Of a stretch of 64,000 nt of DNA, positions 46,576 through 57,614 are shown in pieces. Both the position numbers and the translations under genes were made by a program. Position 1 is the first letter of the stretch; each line of letters starts with the position of its first letter. The notes beneath the pieces were generated by a model that saw only the letters and a program-made list of their open reading frames with translations, was not told the DNA's origin and made no database searches. The stretch is from Candidatus Gottesmanbacteria bacterium (lineage in GTDB: Bacteria > Patescibacteriota > Microgenomatia > 2-02-FULL-39-11): contig JACPKY010000002.1 in assembly GCA_016186795.1 (NCBI GenBank), forward strand, positions 282,593 to 346,592, given 5' to 3'.

Positions 46576-46944
46576 TTATTTCAACGTCTTCTTTGGTTCT
46601 TCACCTTTTCTACTGTCACTTGAATCTCTGGGGAAAACGATTGTTTCTATTTTCACACGAGTAAGCTTTGGTCTGAAACCCATCTTTCGGCGATAATTGA
46701 CTTTCGCTTTGAATTTAAAAATGGAGAGCTTTTTGCCTTGTAATTGAGAAATAACTTTCCCCACAACCTTTCCTCCGGCAACATCTGGGGTACCAATCTT
46801 TATATCAGAATCTTTCCGCATAAATAAAACGTGCGAAAACTCGATATTTGATCCGACGTCTCCAGCCAGTTTATCAAAGAGAAACTCCTGACCTTCATCG
46901 ACTTTATACTGCTTTCCCCCTGTTTTCACAATTGCGTATTTCAT
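46576..46944 (-). CDS. rplU: 50S ribosomal protein L21 (with basic C-terminal extension)
   Basis: MKYAIVKTGGKQYKVDEGQ. Confidence 0.85.
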   Translation of the reverse strand: MKYAIVKTGGKQYKVDEGQEFLFDKLAGDVGSNIEFSHVLFMRKDSDIKIGTPDVAGGKVVGKVISQLQGKKLSIFKFKAKVNYRRKMGFRPKLTRVKIETIVFPRDSSDSRKGEEPKKTLK

Positions 46945-46958
46945 AAGGGCTAATTATA

Positions 46959-48041
46959 TCAAAATCGCGAGCCGATCACAATAGGACTCCTCCTCCTATT
47001 TAGTGCCAGAATAGACGTTAGAATTCCTATATTAATAAACGTGCTCAAGATGGAGCTGCCACCATAGGAAATCAGTGGAAGTGTAATTCCTGTAATAGGA
47101 AGCAGTCCCAGGTTCATACCAATATTGATGATAACTTGAATAAAAAGTTGTGCAAAAAGGCCAAGTGCCAAAAGCCTTCCAAAGGAATCATCGGCATTTT
47201 TTGAAGCTACAAGAAACCTAGATAAAAAAAGGGCATAAAAAGTCAAAACAAGCAGTCCTCCGATAAATCCTAGCTCCTCTACCAAAGATGCAAAAACAAA
47301 ATCAGTATGATACTCGGGAAGAAATAAGAGGTGACTTTGTGTACCCCTCCCTAACCCCAATCCCCAAAGCTGTCCTGACCCAATAGCAATAATTGCCTGC
47401 AATGCGTTGTATCCTGTCCCCGCCGGATCGATTTCAGGATTCAGAAAGGAGAGAATTCTTACTCTTTGATACTCCTTGAGTATTCTCCAAAATAATGGAG
47501 CAAACGCTCCGAGACCTATTGTTCCCAAAAAAACAAATTTGAGTGATAATCCATTCATTATCTCCATAATCAGAAATGTTCCAATGTAAACGATAACGTT
47601 CCCTAAATCTGGCTGCATGAAAATGAGCCCAAGAAAAGGGAGAAGTAACACTGCATGTTTGAAAAAGGAAAAAAGTGTTGTTTTTTTCTCCTTCGAAATA
47701 ATACTTGCAAGAATTATCACAACCAACGGTTTAATAAGCTCGGATGGCTGGATGCGGAATATCCCGACATCGATCCAACGGGTGGAACCTCGTATTGAGG
47801 GAGCAAAAAAGAGGCTTACGAGAAGAAGTAGACTTCCAACATAAAAAACCCATCGAAATCTGGACCATTGCCGATAGTCAATCGTCGCAAACGTAATAAA
47901 TCCAATGATTCCTACGATAATGAAAAGAATGAAGTTACCAACAAGAGTCGGGGAAGTACTGACAAGGACTGCAAATCCTATTCCCAACAGGCTAACCGTT
48001 GCTACAGTAATCCCATAGTCAAAAAAGGATAGGAGATTCAT
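46959..48041 (-). CDS. rodA: SEDS-family peptidoglycan glycosyltransferase (RodA-like; second SEDS copy in window)
   Basis: 10-TM FtsW/RodA/SpoVE layout with a conserved RWIDVG...QPSELIKP loop; lies outside the dcw cluster. Confidence 0.7.
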   Translation of the reverse strand: MNLLSFFDYGITVATVSLLGIGFAVLVSTSPTLVGNFILFIIVGIIGFITFATIDYRQWSRFRWVFYVGSLLLLVSLFFAPSIRGSTRWIDVGIFRIQPSELIKPLVVIILASIISKEKKTTLFSFFKHAVLLLPFLGLIFMQPDLGNVIVYIGTFLIMEIMNGLSLKFVFLGTIGLGAFAPLFWRILKEYQRVRILSFLNPEIDPAGTGYNALQAIIAIGSGQLWGLGLGRGTQSHLLFLPEYHTDFVFASLVEELGFIGGLLVLTFYALFLSRFLVASKNADDSFGRLLALGLFAQLFIQVIINIGMNLGLLPITGITLPLISYGGSSILSTFINIGILTSILALNRRRSPIVIGSRF

Positions 48042-50863
48042 GCAGGTTTTATGGAAAATGTATCTCCTTTTTGAATCTCTGAAGCTACCGTCTCTCGTTT
48101 AATAAGGCCAGTGAATTCCTCAGGCCATGATGGAAGTACTACCACAACTTTCTGATTCAACTTACACTGAGCCTCTTTTCTCTCAATTTGAATCCGGCGA
48201 ATAAGCTCTCGTGCCTCTCCTTCTTTTTTCAAATCTTCTGTGACATGTGTATCAAGGTCAACAACAATTTCATCTCTTCCTATACTCTGCACTACACTCT
48301 TCACATTCACTTCTTGTCCAATAATATCGAGTATCTCCCGTGATATCTGGGAAGGCGATGTAACTTTCAGTGTTTTTAGTGGCTGGCGGACTTTTATCCC
48401 CGTAGCTTTGCGTAGAGCGTGAGTTTTTTCAACAATTTGTCGGGCACGTGTCATTTCATCCTCAAGTTTCGTATCATGGCTCGTATTTTGGTATGCTGGC
48501 CATGTAGTTAGATGCACTGATTCTTCCATAGTCAAATTTCTGTAGATACTTTCTGACAAGAATGGCATAATTGGAGCACTCAGTCTACAAAGCGTTGTTA
48601 ATACCTCAAAACAGGTACCATAGAATGCTTCTTTATCGTGACCGTTGTCAGTAGTTACTCCTACCCTGTCACGACTTCTGCGTATATACCAAGTCGATAG
48701 TTCATCGATAAAAGTTTGAAGGTGAGAAATCGCTCCCACTGTATCATAGCGGTCTAGTCTGTGTGTCATAGTTCTAATTAGTACCTGCAATCGTGAGAAA
48801 ATCCATCTATCAAGAATATGATAGGTCGTCATTTTACTTTTGAGAGTACGAATTTTCTCTCTATCAATCTCATCAACTTCAGCATAGGTTAGAAAGAAAT
48901 TGTATACGTTCCACAAAATAAGCAGCATACCCCGCACTTGATTTCTATACTGCTCCTCAGATATTCGAATATCTTCACCGTGTAAAACGGGCGACCCCAG
49001 AAGGTAAAGCCGGAGTGCATCTCCTCCGTACTTTTGTAAAAGTTGTCTTGGATCCGGATAATTACCATAATTTTTACTCATTTTACGGCCATCTGTCCCT
49101 AGAATGACCCCTTCCACAAGGACGTTTTTGAAAGCTTGCGAACCATAGAGCGCTGCTCCGATTACATGAAGGACATAAAACCATGCGCGTATTTGTCCAG
49201 TATATTCAGCAATAAAATCTGGTGGGAAGAAATTCTCCAACTTTTCCTCTCTTTCAAATGGAAAGTGACGTTCTGCAAATGATGCAGATCCTGCTTCAAT
49301 CCAACTGTCAAGAACTTCTGGCACTCGGAATACCTTCTCCCCACATTTTTTGCATCGAACCGTTATCGTATCAATATCAGGTTTATGAAGGTCGGTAATT
49401 TTTCTTCCTGATGAGTTTTCCAACTCTTGAATGGATCCAGGGACAAATCGTTCTCCACAACGACATTCCCAAACGGGCACGGGGGACCCCCAATACCTGC
49501 TTCGTGATATATTCCAGTCGGGTGCATTTTCAATGCTTTTTTGGAATCGTCCATATTTGAAGTGAGAGGGAAACCAGTGGACGTTCTTATTTGTTTTGTA
49601 CAATAGTGGTTTCAGTTTCTGTATATCGACATACCATGCATCCTGAGGCGCATAGTAGAGCCGTGTATGACACCTCCAGCAAAGGGGCACACTATGAGCG
49701 TATCCCGTATTTTCTTTATAGATAAGGCCACGATTGCCTAGATCCTCCTCTACAAATTTATTGGCTTTCAAGTAGTACATGCCCCCAAAAAGTGGAACCT
49801 CCTTTTTAATGATCCCCTCTTCATCAAGATGCATCTCAATATGAATATTCTCCTTTTGCATGGCTTTTAAATCTTCTTCACCATACGCGGCAATTGTTAC
49901 AACTCCGGTTCCTTCCTCACTAGTTACAAAATCTCCACCAATAACAACAAACGCATTTTTCCCTTTTTCTACCTCGTAGTAGTTATAATGCGGCTCAAAC
50001 TTTTTCCCAACAAGACGGGATCCCTTGAATTGGTCAACAATTTCGTAGGGACCGGGGGTTAGCATGGAAAGAGTAGACTTTGCTAATATGTAATATTCAT
50101 TTTTCTGTTTTACTTTGACGTAGGTTAGTTTTGGATTTACGGAAAGAGCAGGGGTAACAATTTTGTTCCAAGGAGTAGTCGACCAAGCAAGAATATATGT
50201 ATTATTATCTCCAATGAGTTTGTATTTATACGTAGAGGCTGGGTCAGACATGATCTTGTAGTTTTCGCTATCCATCGCAACCTCGAAGTTGGAAATAGGG
50301 GTTGAGCAGTGGGGACAATAAAGTGACACTCGAAGGCCCTTGTAGATAAATCCTTTCTCATACATTGTCTTAAATACCCACATGACCGTCTCCATGTACG
50401 AAAGATCCATTGTTTTGTACGCATGCGTAAAATCAACCCAACGGCCAATGTGGTTAATATACCATTCCCATTCAGAAGAAACTTCAGAAACGTACCGTTT
50501 ACATTCGTTTATAAATTTCTTTATCCCAACTTTTTCCTCGATTTCCCGTTTCGATTTTAGCCCTAAAGAAACTTCAACTTTATTTTCTGCCGGCAGTCCA
50601 TGACAGTCCCACCCCCAAACGCGTCGTACTCTATATCCTTTCATTGTCCAAAACCGAGGAAATACGTCTTTGGGAATACTCGAAAGAAGTGTGCCGTAAT
50701 GCGGCATTCCAGTAATAAAAGGGGGGCCATCAAGGAATGTCCATTTTTTATCATTTGGCCGTGACGTAACTGATTTTTCGAAAATCTTATTTTTTTTCCA
50801 ATAGGATAGGACTTCTTCTTCAAGTTGAGCAAAATTTATTTGCGGAGAAACTGAAGTAAACAT
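48038..50863 (-). CDS. ileS: Isoleucyl-tRNA synthetase, eukaryote/archaeal-like type
   Basis: DGPPFITGMPHYGT...WGWDCHGLP closely matches the type-2 IleS N-terminus; KMSKN (KMSKS) motif; 941 aa. Confidence 0.8.
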   Translation of the reverse strand: MFTSVSPQINFAQLEEEVLSYWKKNKIFEKSVTSRPNDKKWTFLDGPPFITGMPHYGTLLSSIPKDVFPRFWTMKGYRVRRVWGWDCHGLPAENKVEVSLGLKSKREIEEKVGIKKFINECKRYVSEVSSEWEWYINHIGRWVDFTHAYKTMDLSYMETVMWVFKTMYEKGFIYKGLRVSLYCPHCSTPISNFEVAMDSENYKIMSDPASTYKYKLIGDNNTYILAWSTTPWNKIVTPALSVNPKLTYVKVKQKNEYYILAKSTLSMLTPGPYEIVDQFKGSRLVGKKFEPHYNYYEVEKGKNAFVVIGGDFVTSEEGTGVVTIAAYGEEDLKAMQKENIHIEMHLDEEGIIKKEVPLFGGMYYLKANKFVEEDLGNRGLIYKENTGYAHSVPLCWRCHTRLYYAPQDAWYVDIQKLKPLLYKTNKNVHWFPSHFKYGRFQKSIENAPDWNISRSRYWGSPVPVWECRCGERFVPGSIQELENSSGRKITDLHKPDIDTITVRCKKCGEKVFRVPEVLDSWIEAGSASFAERHFPFEREEKLENFFPPDFIAEYTGQIRAWFYVLHVIGAALYGSQAFKNVLVEGVILGTDGRKMSKNYGNYPDPRQLLQKYGGDALRLYLLGSPVLHGEDIRISEEQYRNQVRGMLLILWNVYNFFLTYAEVDEIDREKIRTLKSKMTTYHILDRWIFSRLQVLIRTMTHRLDRYDTVGAISHLQTFIDELSTWYIRRSRDRVGVTTDNGHDKEAFYGTCFEVLTTLCRLSAPIMPFLSESIYRNLTMEESVHLTTWPAYQNTSHDTKLEDEMTRARQIVEKTHALRKATGIKVRQPLKTLKVTSPSQISREILDIIGQEVNVKSVVQSIGRDEIVVDLDTHVTEDLKKEGEARELIRRIQIERKEAQCKLNQKVVVVLPSWPEEFTGLIKRETVASEIQKGDTFSIKPA

Positions 50864-50910
50864 GTGGCTATTATATCAAAAACACTGCAGAGAAAGTGGG
50901 ACAGGCTATT

Positions 50911-51117
50911 TTAAGGAGATGAATGAGAGTGGTTTGAGGAAAGAGGGAAAATCCGATCACAGACCTCGCAAAGATTTCCAACTTCAAGCGGTTGTCCACG
51001 TTTTGTACATTTTTCCTGGGTACAAACTCTCTTTCCAGCGTTAAACTCGTCTTCAGAAACACCACGCATTTCTGGATGAAATTTGTAACACGTAAAGCAA
51101 ATATACCTTTTTACCAT
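50911..51117 (-). CDS. Small Cys-rich (putative zinc-ribbon) protein
   Basis: 68 aa with CxxC...CxxxxC...CxxC spacing, between ftsZ and ileS on the same strand. Short ORF, low confidence. Confidence 0.3.
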   Translation of the reverse strand: MVKRYICFTCYKFHPEMRGVSEDEFNAGKRVCTQEKCTKRGQPLEVGNLCEVCDRIFPLSSNHSHSSP

Positions 51118-51123
51118 GCACTT

Positions 51124-52227
51124 TTAGTGTTTCCCCTGCCGTAGGAAAGCGGGGATATCCCATTCATCTTCCTCACCACTAATGTTTGGGGGATTTATAC
51201 TATTTCTGGCAAATGTTGTGTCGGTCTTCGGCATTTGCTCTTCTTTCGTTGAAAGCTCTTTCAGTCTCATCTTTGCCTCGTCAAAACCGGTTGCCACAAC
51301 CGTTATTTTAACTTGATCAACCATCTGCTCATCAATTGTTGCACCAAAGATGATATTAGCATCAGGATCGACACTTGCCGCAATGAGTTTGGCGGCATCA
51401 TCTACCTCAGCCATAGTTAAATCAGGTCCACCGGTAATATTAAAAAGTACTCCTTTTGCACCATCAATGGAAAGTTCAAGAAGTGGAGAAGCAATTGCCA
51501 TACGAGCAGCCGTTGCTGCCCGATTTTCCCCAACACCGTTTCCGATTCCCATAAGAGCTGATCCAGCATTATTCATGACAGTCCGAACATCAGCAAAATC
51601 CACATTAATAAGCCCCGGAAGGGTAATAAGGTCTGAGATGCCAGTCACTCCTTGACCAAGAACAGAATCAACAATTTTAAATGCCTCAAGAAGTGTCATT
51701 TTTTTATCAACGACATCAAGGATACGTTGATTTGGAATAACAATAAGCGTATCAACTTTGTCTTTGAGATTTAAAAGACCTTCTTCCGCAGCCATCATTC
51801 TTCGAGCGCCTTCAAAGGCAAAAGGTTTCGTTACAACCGCAACTGTTAAAGCTCCAAGTTCTTTTGCCACCTCAGCAATAATCGGGGCTGCGCCTGTTCC
51901 TGTCCCTCCTCCTTCTCCGCAGGTTAAAAATACCATATCAGTTGATTCAAGTACGTCACGAATCTTATCTCGGGATTCCTCTCCCGCTTGTCTCCCTATT
52001 TCTGGATCTCCTCCTGCTCCTAAACCTTTTGTTAGATCCTCACCAATCTGAATTTTCATTGATGCACCGCAGGTTAAAAGCGCCTGTGCATCGGTATTGA
52101 CACCGATAAAATCGACTCCTTGAACCTGTGATGTCGTTATCATTGTATTGACAGCATTACAACCGCCACCACCAATACCGATGACTTTGATTTTTGCAAA
52201 ACGTGCGATATCAGGTTTAATAAGCAT
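51124..52227 (-). CDS. ftsZ: Cell division GTPase FtsZ
   Basis: Tubulin signature GGGTGTG and NTDAQAL. Confidence 0.95.
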   Translation of the reverse strand: MLIKPDIARFAKIKVIGIGGGGCNAVNTMITTSQVQGVDFIGVNTDAQALLTCGASMKIQIGEDLTKGLGAGGDPEIGRQAGEESRDKIRDVLESTDMVFLTCGEGGGTGTGAAPIIAEVAKELGALTVAVVTKPFAFEGARRMMAAEEGLLNLKDKVDTLIVIPNQRILDVVDKKMTLLEAFKIVDSVLGQGVTGISDLITLPGLINVDFADVRTVMNNAGSALMGIGNGVGENRAATAARMAIASPLLELSIDGAKGVLFNITGGPDLTMAEVDDAAKLIAASVDPDANIIFGATIDEQMVDQVKITVVATGFDEAKMRLKELSTKEEQMPKTDTTFARNSINPPNISGEEDEWDIPAFLRQGKH

Positions 52228-52264
52228 AGGTAATCCTTTCTAGGCAGAATACAATAAGTAGGTG

Positions 52265-53578
52265 TTACGGCAGGAAGGATTTTACAACATCAACAACTTT
52301 TCCTGCTACACCTTGAACAGGAAATTTTCCGACAATTTTTGAGAGTTTATCAAAAGAAAACTTTTCTTTCATCGTAATTCCTGTTTTTGCGCCATAGAGC
52401 ACCAGACCAACTGATGCAGCATAACTTGGTGAGGTAATTTCATCAATAAGTCCTGTTATATTTGTAGGAATGCCGATTCGCACTTGCATCGCAAGATTTC
52501 TTCTTGCTGTTTCAACAATTCCCAGTGTTTCTGCACCTCCACCTGTTACGACAAGTCCTGCAGGGGTGAGTCCTCCAAATCCACTTTTTTTAATTTCTAA
52601 ACCGATCATAGTAAATATTTCGTTGAGACGTGGCCGAATAATTCCTTCAATAAGGGTTTTCCGTGATATCTTCGTCAACCCTTCTGGTAAGTGAAGTTTG
52701 GATACATCAACCTCATCGTGCGTATCATCCTTGATCTTATGTTTTTTTTCATTCGGTGTAACTGTAACCTCAGGGACTATCACTTCCTGCTCTTTTTGGT
52801 TGAGAAGAAGTTTAATTTTTTCTGCACTTTCTAGGGAGATTCGAAGCCCAATTGCCAAATCATTTGTTATATTTCGAGCCCCAACAGGAAGCACAGACGA
52901 ATACGCAAGAGATCCTTCAACCCACATGCAGATGTCGGTTGTCCCTCCTCCAAGATCAGCTAAGATTACTCCAAGTTCTTTTTCTGTTTCAGTCAATACC
53001 GATGTACTTGAAGCAAGACCTCCAAATACAAATCCATCGACATCAACTCCGACAAGGGATGCACATTTCTCAAGATTGCGAAGGGCTGTACTGACTGCGG
53101 TAATAATATGGGTATTTACTTCAAGTCGAACACCGGTCATACCAACTGGATCTTTTATCCCTTCTTGCGAATCAACAATAAATTCCCGTGGAAGAACATG
53201 CAGCACCTCTCGTGTTGAGGGAAGATTGATTGCTCGAGCTGCATCAACTGCACGTTTTACATCGTCGAACGTAATTTCTTTCTGTGGTTCGGAAACAGCA
53301 ACCACTCCGTGTGAATTCTGCGACATAATATGTGATCCCCCTACGGAAAGAAATGTTGAGGAGATTGAATATCCGGCCATCCGTTCTGCCGCTTCTAAGC
53401 TTTCAACAATTGCACCTGTTGCCTCTTCAATATCAACTATTTGGCCCTTCCGAACACCTCGACTGACAACTGTTGCTACTCCCATCACATTCACACTTCC
53501 TTCTTCAGTCACAGAAGCTATAATCGTAGTAATTTTTGAAGTTCCGATGTCGATGCCTGCAACTATTTTTTTATTCAT
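52265..53578 (-). CDS. ftsA: Cell division protein FtsA
   Basis: Actin-fold motifs GIDIGTSKI and DLGGGTTD; upstream of ftsZ. Confidence 0.9.
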   Translation of the reverse strand: MNKKIVAGIDIGTSKITTIIASVTEEGSVNVMGVATVVSRGVRKGQIVDIEEATGAIVESLEAAERMAGYSISSTFLSVGGSHIMSQNSHGVVAVSEPQKEITFDDVKRAVDAARAINLPSTREVLHVLPREFIVDSQEGIKDPVGMTGVRLEVNTHIITAVSTALRNLEKCASLVGVDVDGFVFGGLASSTSVLTETEKELGVILADLGGGTTDICMWVEGSLAYSSVLPVGARNITNDLAIGLRISLESAEKIKLLLNQKEQEVIVPEVTVTPNEKKHKIKDDTHDEVDVSKLHLPEGLTKISRKTLIEGIIRPRLNEIFTMIGLEIKKSGFGGLTPAGLVVTGGGAETLGIVETARRNLAMQVRIGIPTNITGLIDEITSPSYAASVGLVLYGAKTGITMKEKFSFDKLSKIVGKFPVQGVAGKVVDVVKSFLP

Positions 53579-53589
53579 AGGCCAATAAG

Positions 53590-54303
53590 TTAAAGAGGTG
53601 AGGAAATTTTTTCTCCATTTGACAATATGACAATAGGTTTATCAAAACGAAAATCGATACTCTCCACAGTTTTCCCATCTATTCTAAACCGACTGGTAAT
53701 TATTTGTAAAGAGGTAGAGGTAATCTCTGGTATAGATTCATATGGTACGATCCATTTCATACCGTTTTCCGAATAGAACGTATATGAACGGATTGAATCA
53801 TCAACCACAATTCGATCAATAAATATACTCTTTTGGGAATAGCTATCCATAAATTTAATAGCTTTTCCAATTCGCCAATCAGCTTGACTATACTCAAACA
53901 GAGGGAGCATGGGAGCTTCAATCTTCGGATACTGGGCAGAATCATCAGATTTTCCTAGAACAAATCCCAGGGCATCTATTTGGTAATACCCATCATTTGC
54001 TACCACAACTGCTCTTGGACTACGTGTGTCCGCGCGAATAACAACTGTTTCTGGATAATGGAGTTCTATTTGGACAGATTCAATAAACGGATTATCGGAA
54101 ATAATTGTATGGGAAATTTCAGACGACTTGAGAAGTAGAAGATTTTTGCCTATTATTTTTCCAATGTTTCTCAACGGATATAGACGCGTGACAACAATTA
54201 CTTTTTTTACACGATACGCGCCAAATATGTAAACAGAAATTCCTCCAAAAAGTATAAGTGCGAGAAGTAAAAAAAATCTACTAATCCTTGCAAATCGCGT
54301 CAT
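53590..54303 (-). CDS. ftsQ: Cell division protein FtsQ/DivIB-like (TM plus POTRA)
   Basis: N-terminal TM, ~230 aa, positioned between murG and ftsA. Confidence 0.55.
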   Translation of the reverse strand: MTRFARISRFFLLLALILFGGISVYIFGAYRVKKVIVVTRLYPLRNIGKIIGKNLLLLKSSEISHTIISDNPFIESVQIELHYPETVVIRADTRSPRAVVVANDGYYQIDALGFVLGKSDDSAQYPKIEAPMLPLFEYSQADWRIGKAIKFMDSYSQKSIFIDRIVVDDSIRSYTFYSENGMKWIVPYESIPEITSTSLQIITSRFRIDGKTVESIDFRFDKPIVILSNGEKISSPL

Positions 54304-55433
54304 GTCGTTTCTCCCAGTACAAGAGTACTGATATGATTCAAGACGTTCTTTGCTGCGTTTCGTAAACTAGTTTGTTCCTTCTTCGGAAAACGAGACTTAT
54401 AGAATTCAAGTTCAACGGAAAGACGTTCTATTTGTTCAAGAAGTGTATCAGAGCTAAGATTTTTTTGAGGAAGTACTATTGCCACACCCAAGTCGACGAG
54501 ATACTTCGCATTTCTTTCTTGTTCTTTTCCTCCTGCCCAAGGAAGAGGAATCAAAATTGCAGGTGTTGCGGAAGCTAAGAGCTCTGTCACGGTATTTGCC
54601 CCAGCTCTCCCTATAACAAGATGAGCTGATCGCAAAACCACTCCAACACTTCCTGGATCAATCGATTGAACAACACGGTAGTTTTGCGAAGTTGCAGACG
54701 GGAGTTTTTCTCTCATTTGTTTCAGTCTTTTGTAATCAATACTATTTTGACTCCCGCCACATTGGTGAAGGATGCGAAATTTTTGGCAGAGTGTTGCAAT
54801 AAGAGGCTCTACCAAACGATTGATTGTCTGTGATCCAATACTGCCCCCGGTCACGTAAAGAATTGGTAATCTCCTATTACCAAACGACAAAAGTGAAGTG
54901 GAAGTATCAGCAAAAAAAGATTCACGTAACAAATTTCCGGAAACTATCGTTTTAACACCATCTGGAATAGATTCTGTATCTTCCCAACTTAGAAATATCA
55001 GTTTGGCAAAATAAGAAACGACTCTATTTGTGAGTCCGAGTACATGTGTTTGCTCATGCACCACAACCGGAATTCGGAGAAGAAATGCTGCGAAACATAC
55101 TGGCAGTGCAACATACCCACCGAAAGAAATAACAACCGAAGGACGAACCCGCAGGAGAAAGTAAAGACTGACAAAAATCGAAAAAGGTAATTGAGCAAAG
55201 GATAAAATATTGCGAAGGGTTATAAAACGCGATAGTCTTTCTGCAGGAATAGCATAGAATGGAATTCTTTGCCTTTTCATGACCATATATTCCAACGATG
55301 GAACGGTATCACCTTCAAGGGCCTTATATCGGCCAAAATAGGCAAGCTGAAATTTCCGGTCCTTTTGAATTTCTTCACAAAGCGCGAGCGCCGGCGTTAG
55401 ATGCCCTCCACAGAGAACAATTGTTTTTGCCAT
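54300..55433 (-). CDS. murG: Undecaprenyldiphospho-muramoylpentapeptide beta-N-acetylglucosaminyltransferase
   Basis: GT28 layout: N-terminal GGHLTPALAL and C-terminal GAGANTVTELLASATPAILIP. Confidence 0.8.
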   Translation of the reverse strand: MAKTIVLCGGHLTPALALCEEIQKDRKFQLAYFGRYKALEGDTVPSLEYMVMKRQRIPFYAIPAERLSRFITLRNILSFAQLPFSIFVSLYFLLRVRPSVVISFGGYVALPVCFAAFLLRIPVVVHEQTHVLGLTNRVVSYFAKLIFLSWEDTESIPDGVKTIVSGNLLRESFFADTSTSLLSFGNRRLPILYVTGGSIGSQTINRLVEPLIATLCQKFRILHQCGGSQNSIDYKRLKQMREKLPSATSQNYRVVQSIDPGSVGVVLRSAHLVIGRAGANTVTELLASATPAILIPLPWAGGKEQERNAKYLVDLGVAIVLPQKNLSSDTLLEQIERLSVELEFYKSRFPKKEQTSLRNAAKNVLNHISTLVLGETT

Positions 55434-56546
55434 TTATTTTCGAAGGGAAGAATTCTTGCTGACGTTTATAATTATTCCGGTTGCAATTAACGAGACAATT
55501 AGATTTGAACCCCCGTAAGAGATAAACGGTAATGGCACCCCTGTAAGAGGAAATAACGCAACAATTGCGCCAAGATTTATACCAACCTGACAACCAAGGA
55601 GAGCAAGTAGTCCGCCAGCCAGTAAAAATCCGTGTTTATCACGGGCATTTTTGGCAACTCGGGCAATTTTGTAAAGGAGAATCGCGTAAATAAATATCAA
55701 AACAATTGCGCCTATGTAACCAAATTCCTCGCCAATGATTGCAAATATAGAATCGGTAGTAGCTTCTGGTAAAAACTGGTATTTTTGCCGGGAGGCACCC
55801 AACCCCATACCAAATAGTCCCCCGGACCCGAGTGATATAAGTATTTGCCGAATATGGTAGGACGCCCCAAGTGGATCACCCTCTGGGTTGAAAAATGTCG
55901 TTAATCGTTGCATGCGGTACGGCGAGGAGATAGCAAAAAGAACTCCCACGGCAACGACTGAGGGTATAAGGATAGCAAAATGAAAAAGGGGTGCTCCAGA
56001 TAAAAAGTACACAATTATTGCAATACTGGTAAGGATGATAGCGGTACCAAGGTCTGGCTCAATGATAACAAGACCCACAATCATACCGATTAAGAGAAGG
56101 AACGGTCCCAAGCGTTCTTTCTCTTTTGAAGAAAACCATGCAGAGAGATAAAGAACAAGAGAGAGCTTTGCTAACTCTGCGGGTTGGAAATTAAATGATC
56201 CGAGACTGATCCACCGATGTGCACCCAACGCCTTGATACCAATTCCGGGAATAAATACCGCCATGAGTGAGACAAGAGTAAATATAAGGAGAACCAACGA
56301 CCATCGGTAATAGTTCTTATAAGGAATAAAAGAAGTTACGATCATCCCTGCGGTTCCTACTAAAAAATAAATACTCTGATCTCTGATGTAGTGATATTTA
56401 TCATTAAAATCTTTAAATGCGGATACGTTCGAGGATTCAAAGATCATCAAAAGTCCGAAAAGACTCAAAAGCACAACGAGGAGAATGATACTGTAATCTG
56501 CCCGCTGCAATGATTGCAGCCGTATTTGGGATCTTAACTTTTTCAT
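55434..56546 (-). CDS. ftsW: SEDS-family lipid II flippase/polymerase FtsW
   Basis: 10-TM SEDS protein located between mraY and murG in the dcw cluster. Confidence 0.8.
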   Translation of the reverse strand: MKKLRSQIRLQSLQRADYSIILLVVLLSLFGLLMIFESSNVSAFKDFNDKYHYIRDQSIYFLVGTAGMIVTSFIPYKNYYRWSLVLLIFTLVSLMAVFIPGIGIKALGAHRWISLGSFNFQPAELAKLSLVLYLSAWFSSKEKERLGPFLLLIGMIVGLVIIEPDLGTAIILTSIAIIVYFLSGAPLFHFAILIPSVVAVGVLFAISSPYRMQRLTTFFNPEGDPLGASYHIRQILISLGSGGLFGMGLGASRQKYQFLPEATTDSIFAIIGEEFGYIGAIVLIFIYAILLYKIARVAKNARDKHGFLLAGGLLALLGCQVGINLGAIVALFPLTGVPLPFISYGGSNLIVSLIATGIIINVSKNSSLRK

Positions 56547-56550
56547 AGAA

Positions 56551-57588
56551 TCAGGATAAGAATGCTAACCAAAGACCAAGGAGGGAAAGCACAATACTAG
56601 CAAGCCAAGCTCGAAAAACGACCGTTGATTCTAACCATCCACGTTCCTGCAACCAAAGGTGAAACGGTGCCACCCGCATGAGTTTTTTCCCACGGTATTT
56701 TTTGCTCACTAGTTGTAAAAATGAAGAAGTCACTTCAATGACAAAAAATCCACCGATAATAATGAGCGAGAAGACTTTTCCCAATAAAAGTCCAATTATG
56801 GCAAATGTTGCCCCAAAAGATAAAGCGCCGACATCACCGAGAAAGATTCTCGCTGGATATACATTAAAGTACAAGAATGCAATAAGTCCTCCAAGCCAAG
56901 CAGCAATAAAAAGAGCAATTGGAGTATCCAAAATTGCATGGGATATAACCCAAAATGCACAAAGAGCAATAAAAAGTACTCCTGAGGCTAGTCCGTCAAG
57001 ACCATCGGTGATATTATATGCGTTTGCAAAAGAAACAATTACAAATGCGGCGAAAGGAATATAAAAAATACCAAGATTGACCACACCAAGAAACGGAATA
57101 TGGATGATATCGATCTTCAATTCTGAGTAAAGCCAAAAAGCAGCGACAGAAGCAAGAATTACTTCGAGAATTAATTTGTGGCGAAGCCTCATACCAAAGA
57201 ATTTCTCGCCCGTTCCAAAAAATACTTTCTTAATATCATCATAGAGACCAATGAAAGAAAATGAAATGAATGTAAAAATGAGAATTTTTATTTCACTTCC
57301 AATATTGGTATAAACAGAGGTGATCGGAATCCAAAAATAATACAAGATAGGAAATGATAGAAAAAAAAGAAACGTTGTTGTAATAACCAAAAGGAGTCCT
57401 CCTCCAAGTGGAGTCCCCGCCTTCAACTTATGGAGAGCATCAAAAATTGGAGTCGGGATATTGAAGGCATCCTTTGTCTTTTGCTTCTGTCTTTCAAATT
57501 TCATCTTATATACTATGTGGATAAACGGAATAAGTAATATGCCGTTTATGAAAAAAGAGGCAAGTAAAAGTGACAATATTAGGCTCAT
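56551..57588 (-). CDS. mraY: Phospho-N-acetylmuramoyl-pentapeptide transferase
   Basis: NAYNITDGLDGLASG and DDIKKVF motifs. The track ORF carries a 110-aa N-terminal read-through that overlaps dgkA; start taken at MSLILSLLL. Confidence 0.85.
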   Translation of the reverse strand: MSLILSLLLASFFINGILLIPFIHIVYKMKFERQKQKTKDAFNIPTPIFDALHKLKAGTPLGGGLLLVITTTFLFFLSFPILYYFWIPITSVYTNIGSEIKILIFTFISFSFIGLYDDIKKVFFGTGEKFFGMRLRHKLILEVILASVAAFWLYSELKIDIIHIPFLGVVNLGIFYIPFAAFVIVSFANAYNITDGLDGLASGVLFIALCAFWVISHAILDTPIALFIAAWLGGLIAFLYFNVYPARIFLGDVGALSFGATFAIIGLLLGKVFSLIIIGGFFVIEVTSSFLQLVSKKYRGKKLMRVAPFHLWLQERGWLESTVVFRAWLASIVLSLLGLWLAFLS

Positions 57589-57614
57589 AAAGTAGTTATT
57601 CCTTTCGCCCAAAT

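Noticed and set aside
48038-50863. Alternative call of ValS or LeuS for the 941-aa class I synthetase
   Set aside because: The PPFITGMPHYGT…WGWDCHGLP N-terminus matches eukaryote/archaeal-type IleS much better than the ValS or LeuS HIGH regions.
52698-53588. 296-aa plus-strand ORF (Ser/Thr/Pro-rich)
   Set aside because: It is antisense to ftsA and has low complexity; it is a shadow ORF.
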